DNA from: Mycolicibacterium smegmatis
GTDB lineage: Bacteria > Actinomycetota > Actinomycetes > Mycobacteriales > Mycobacteriaceae
Reading direction: 5' to 3'
Assembly (NCBI RefSeq): GCF_001457595.1
Contig: NZ_LN831039.1
Span: 4,020,001 to 4,052,000, forward strand
DNA: 32,000 nt
In this document: positions 31,342-32,000 of the stretch, piece by piece
Numbering within the stretch: the first letter of the stretch is position 1
Layout: every line of letters starts with the position of its first letter
Notes under the pieces: generated by a model
Database searches by the model: none
What the model saw: only the letters and a program-made list of their open reading frames with translations
What the model was told of the DNA's origin: nothing
Made by a program: the position numbers and the translations under genes

Positions 31342-31406
31342 CCACGAGCGTGCGCGAACTGCTGACGAATCCCGGCGTGCCGGGCAGCAGACGCGCACGC
31401 TCGTGG
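31342..31406 (-). terminator. Multi-tier hairpin element B directly downstream of mpa, probable terminator (possibly bidirectional)
   Basis: Perfect 15-bp arms CCACGAGCGTGCGCG (31342-31356) / CGCGCACGCTCGTGG (31392-31406), inner TGCTG/CAGCA (31360-31364/31385-31389), apical CCCGGC-gt-GCCGGG (31371-31384). Begins 13 nt after the mpa stop codon. Confidence 0.75.
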
Positions 31407-31419
31407 TGCAGCGCGGGTC

Positions 31420-32000
31420 CTACAGGTACTGGCCCAGGTTGCTCTCGGTGTCGATGGCGCGGCTGGCGCTCGACGACTTGCCGGTGACGAGCGTGCGGAT
31501 GTAGACGATCCGCTCGCCCTTCTTGCCCGAGATCCGGGCCCAGTCATCGGGATTGGTCGTGTTGGGCAGGTCCTCGTTCTCGGCGAACTCGTCGACGATC
31601 GAGTCCAGCAGGTGCTGGATCCGCAGACCCTTCTGACCGGTCTCCAGCACCGACTTGATCGCGTACTTCTTGGCCCGGTCGACGACGTTCTGGATCATCG
31701 CGCCCGAGTTGAAGTCCTTGAAGTACATGACCTCTTTGTCGCCGTTGGCGTAGGTCACCTCGAGGAACCGGTTGTCGTCGATCTCGGCGTACATCCGGTC
31801 GACGACCTTCTCGATCATCGCCTTGATGCACAGCGCACGGTCACCGTTGAACTCCGTGAGATCGTCGGCGTGCACCGGCAGGTCCTCGGTGAGGTACTTG
31901 CTGAAGATGTCCTGCGCGGCCTCAGCATCCGGACGCTCGATCTTGATCTTGACGTCCAGGCGGCCGGGCCGCAGGATCGCCGGATCGATCATGTCCTCGC
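31420..32000 (-). CDS. mpa: Proteasome-associated AAA+ ATPase Mpa/ARC, C-terminal part (5' end beyond window)
   Basis: [45 protein letters not shown] ... [12 protein letters not shown] ... NLGQYL, with the C-terminal GQYL proteasome-docking tail. Partial, runs off the window. Confidence 0.97.
   Translation of the reverse strand, partial: EDMIDPAILRPGRLDVKIKIERPDAEAAQDIFSKYLTEDLPVHADDLTEFNGDRALCIKAMIEKVVDRMYAEIDDNRFLEVTYANGDKEVMYFKDFNSGAMIQNVVDRAKKYAIKSVLETGQKGLRIQHLLDSIVDEFAENEDLPNTTNPDDWARISGKKGERIVYIRTLVTGKSSSASRAIDTESNLGQYL

Noticed and set aside
1-32000. CRISPR arrays, tRNA/rRNA genes, transposases, prophage or toxin-antitoxin modules
   Set aside because: Scanned by eye for regularly spaced repeats and for recognisable proteins; none found. 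A dedicated tRNAscan-SE/Infernal run was not possible here.

Overview
This is a high-GC actinobacterial chromosomal segment, closely resembling Mycolicibacterium smegmatis. It is mostly conserved housekeeping and accessory metabolism. Left part (about 0.2-9 kb): a TauD-like dioxygenase, then aerobic cobalamin genes cobG-cobH-cobIJ (+) facing cobL-cobM-cobK (-), with a TetR/phosphotransferase pair between them. Middle (9-21 kb): an SDR divergent from an Rv2074-like F420-dependent biliverdin reductase, pepE, a VOC protein, a 5'-3' exonuclease, a Pro/Gln-rich DUF4333-like protein, helY, tatC, tatA, pafC, pafB and pafA. Right part (21-32 kb): an epoxide-hydrolase-like gene, a small membrane-anchored protein translationally coupled to a PrsW-like protease, then prcA/prcB/pup/dop, an ectABCD ectoine/hydroxyectoine operon, a ~970 bp poorly coding gap, and the 3' part of mpa. 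I found no CRISPR array, rRNA/tRNA, prophage or intact mobile element, and no clearly novel defence-type system. The best second-look items are: (1) the ectABCD operon lodged between dop and mpa; (2) two long inverted repeats with a shared CGAGCGTGCG arm core in the ectA-mpa gap, flanking a possible TetR relic; (3) the PrsW-like protease and its coupled anchored partner beside the proteasome genes; (4) closely packed divergent -10 elements implying leaderless transcripts.
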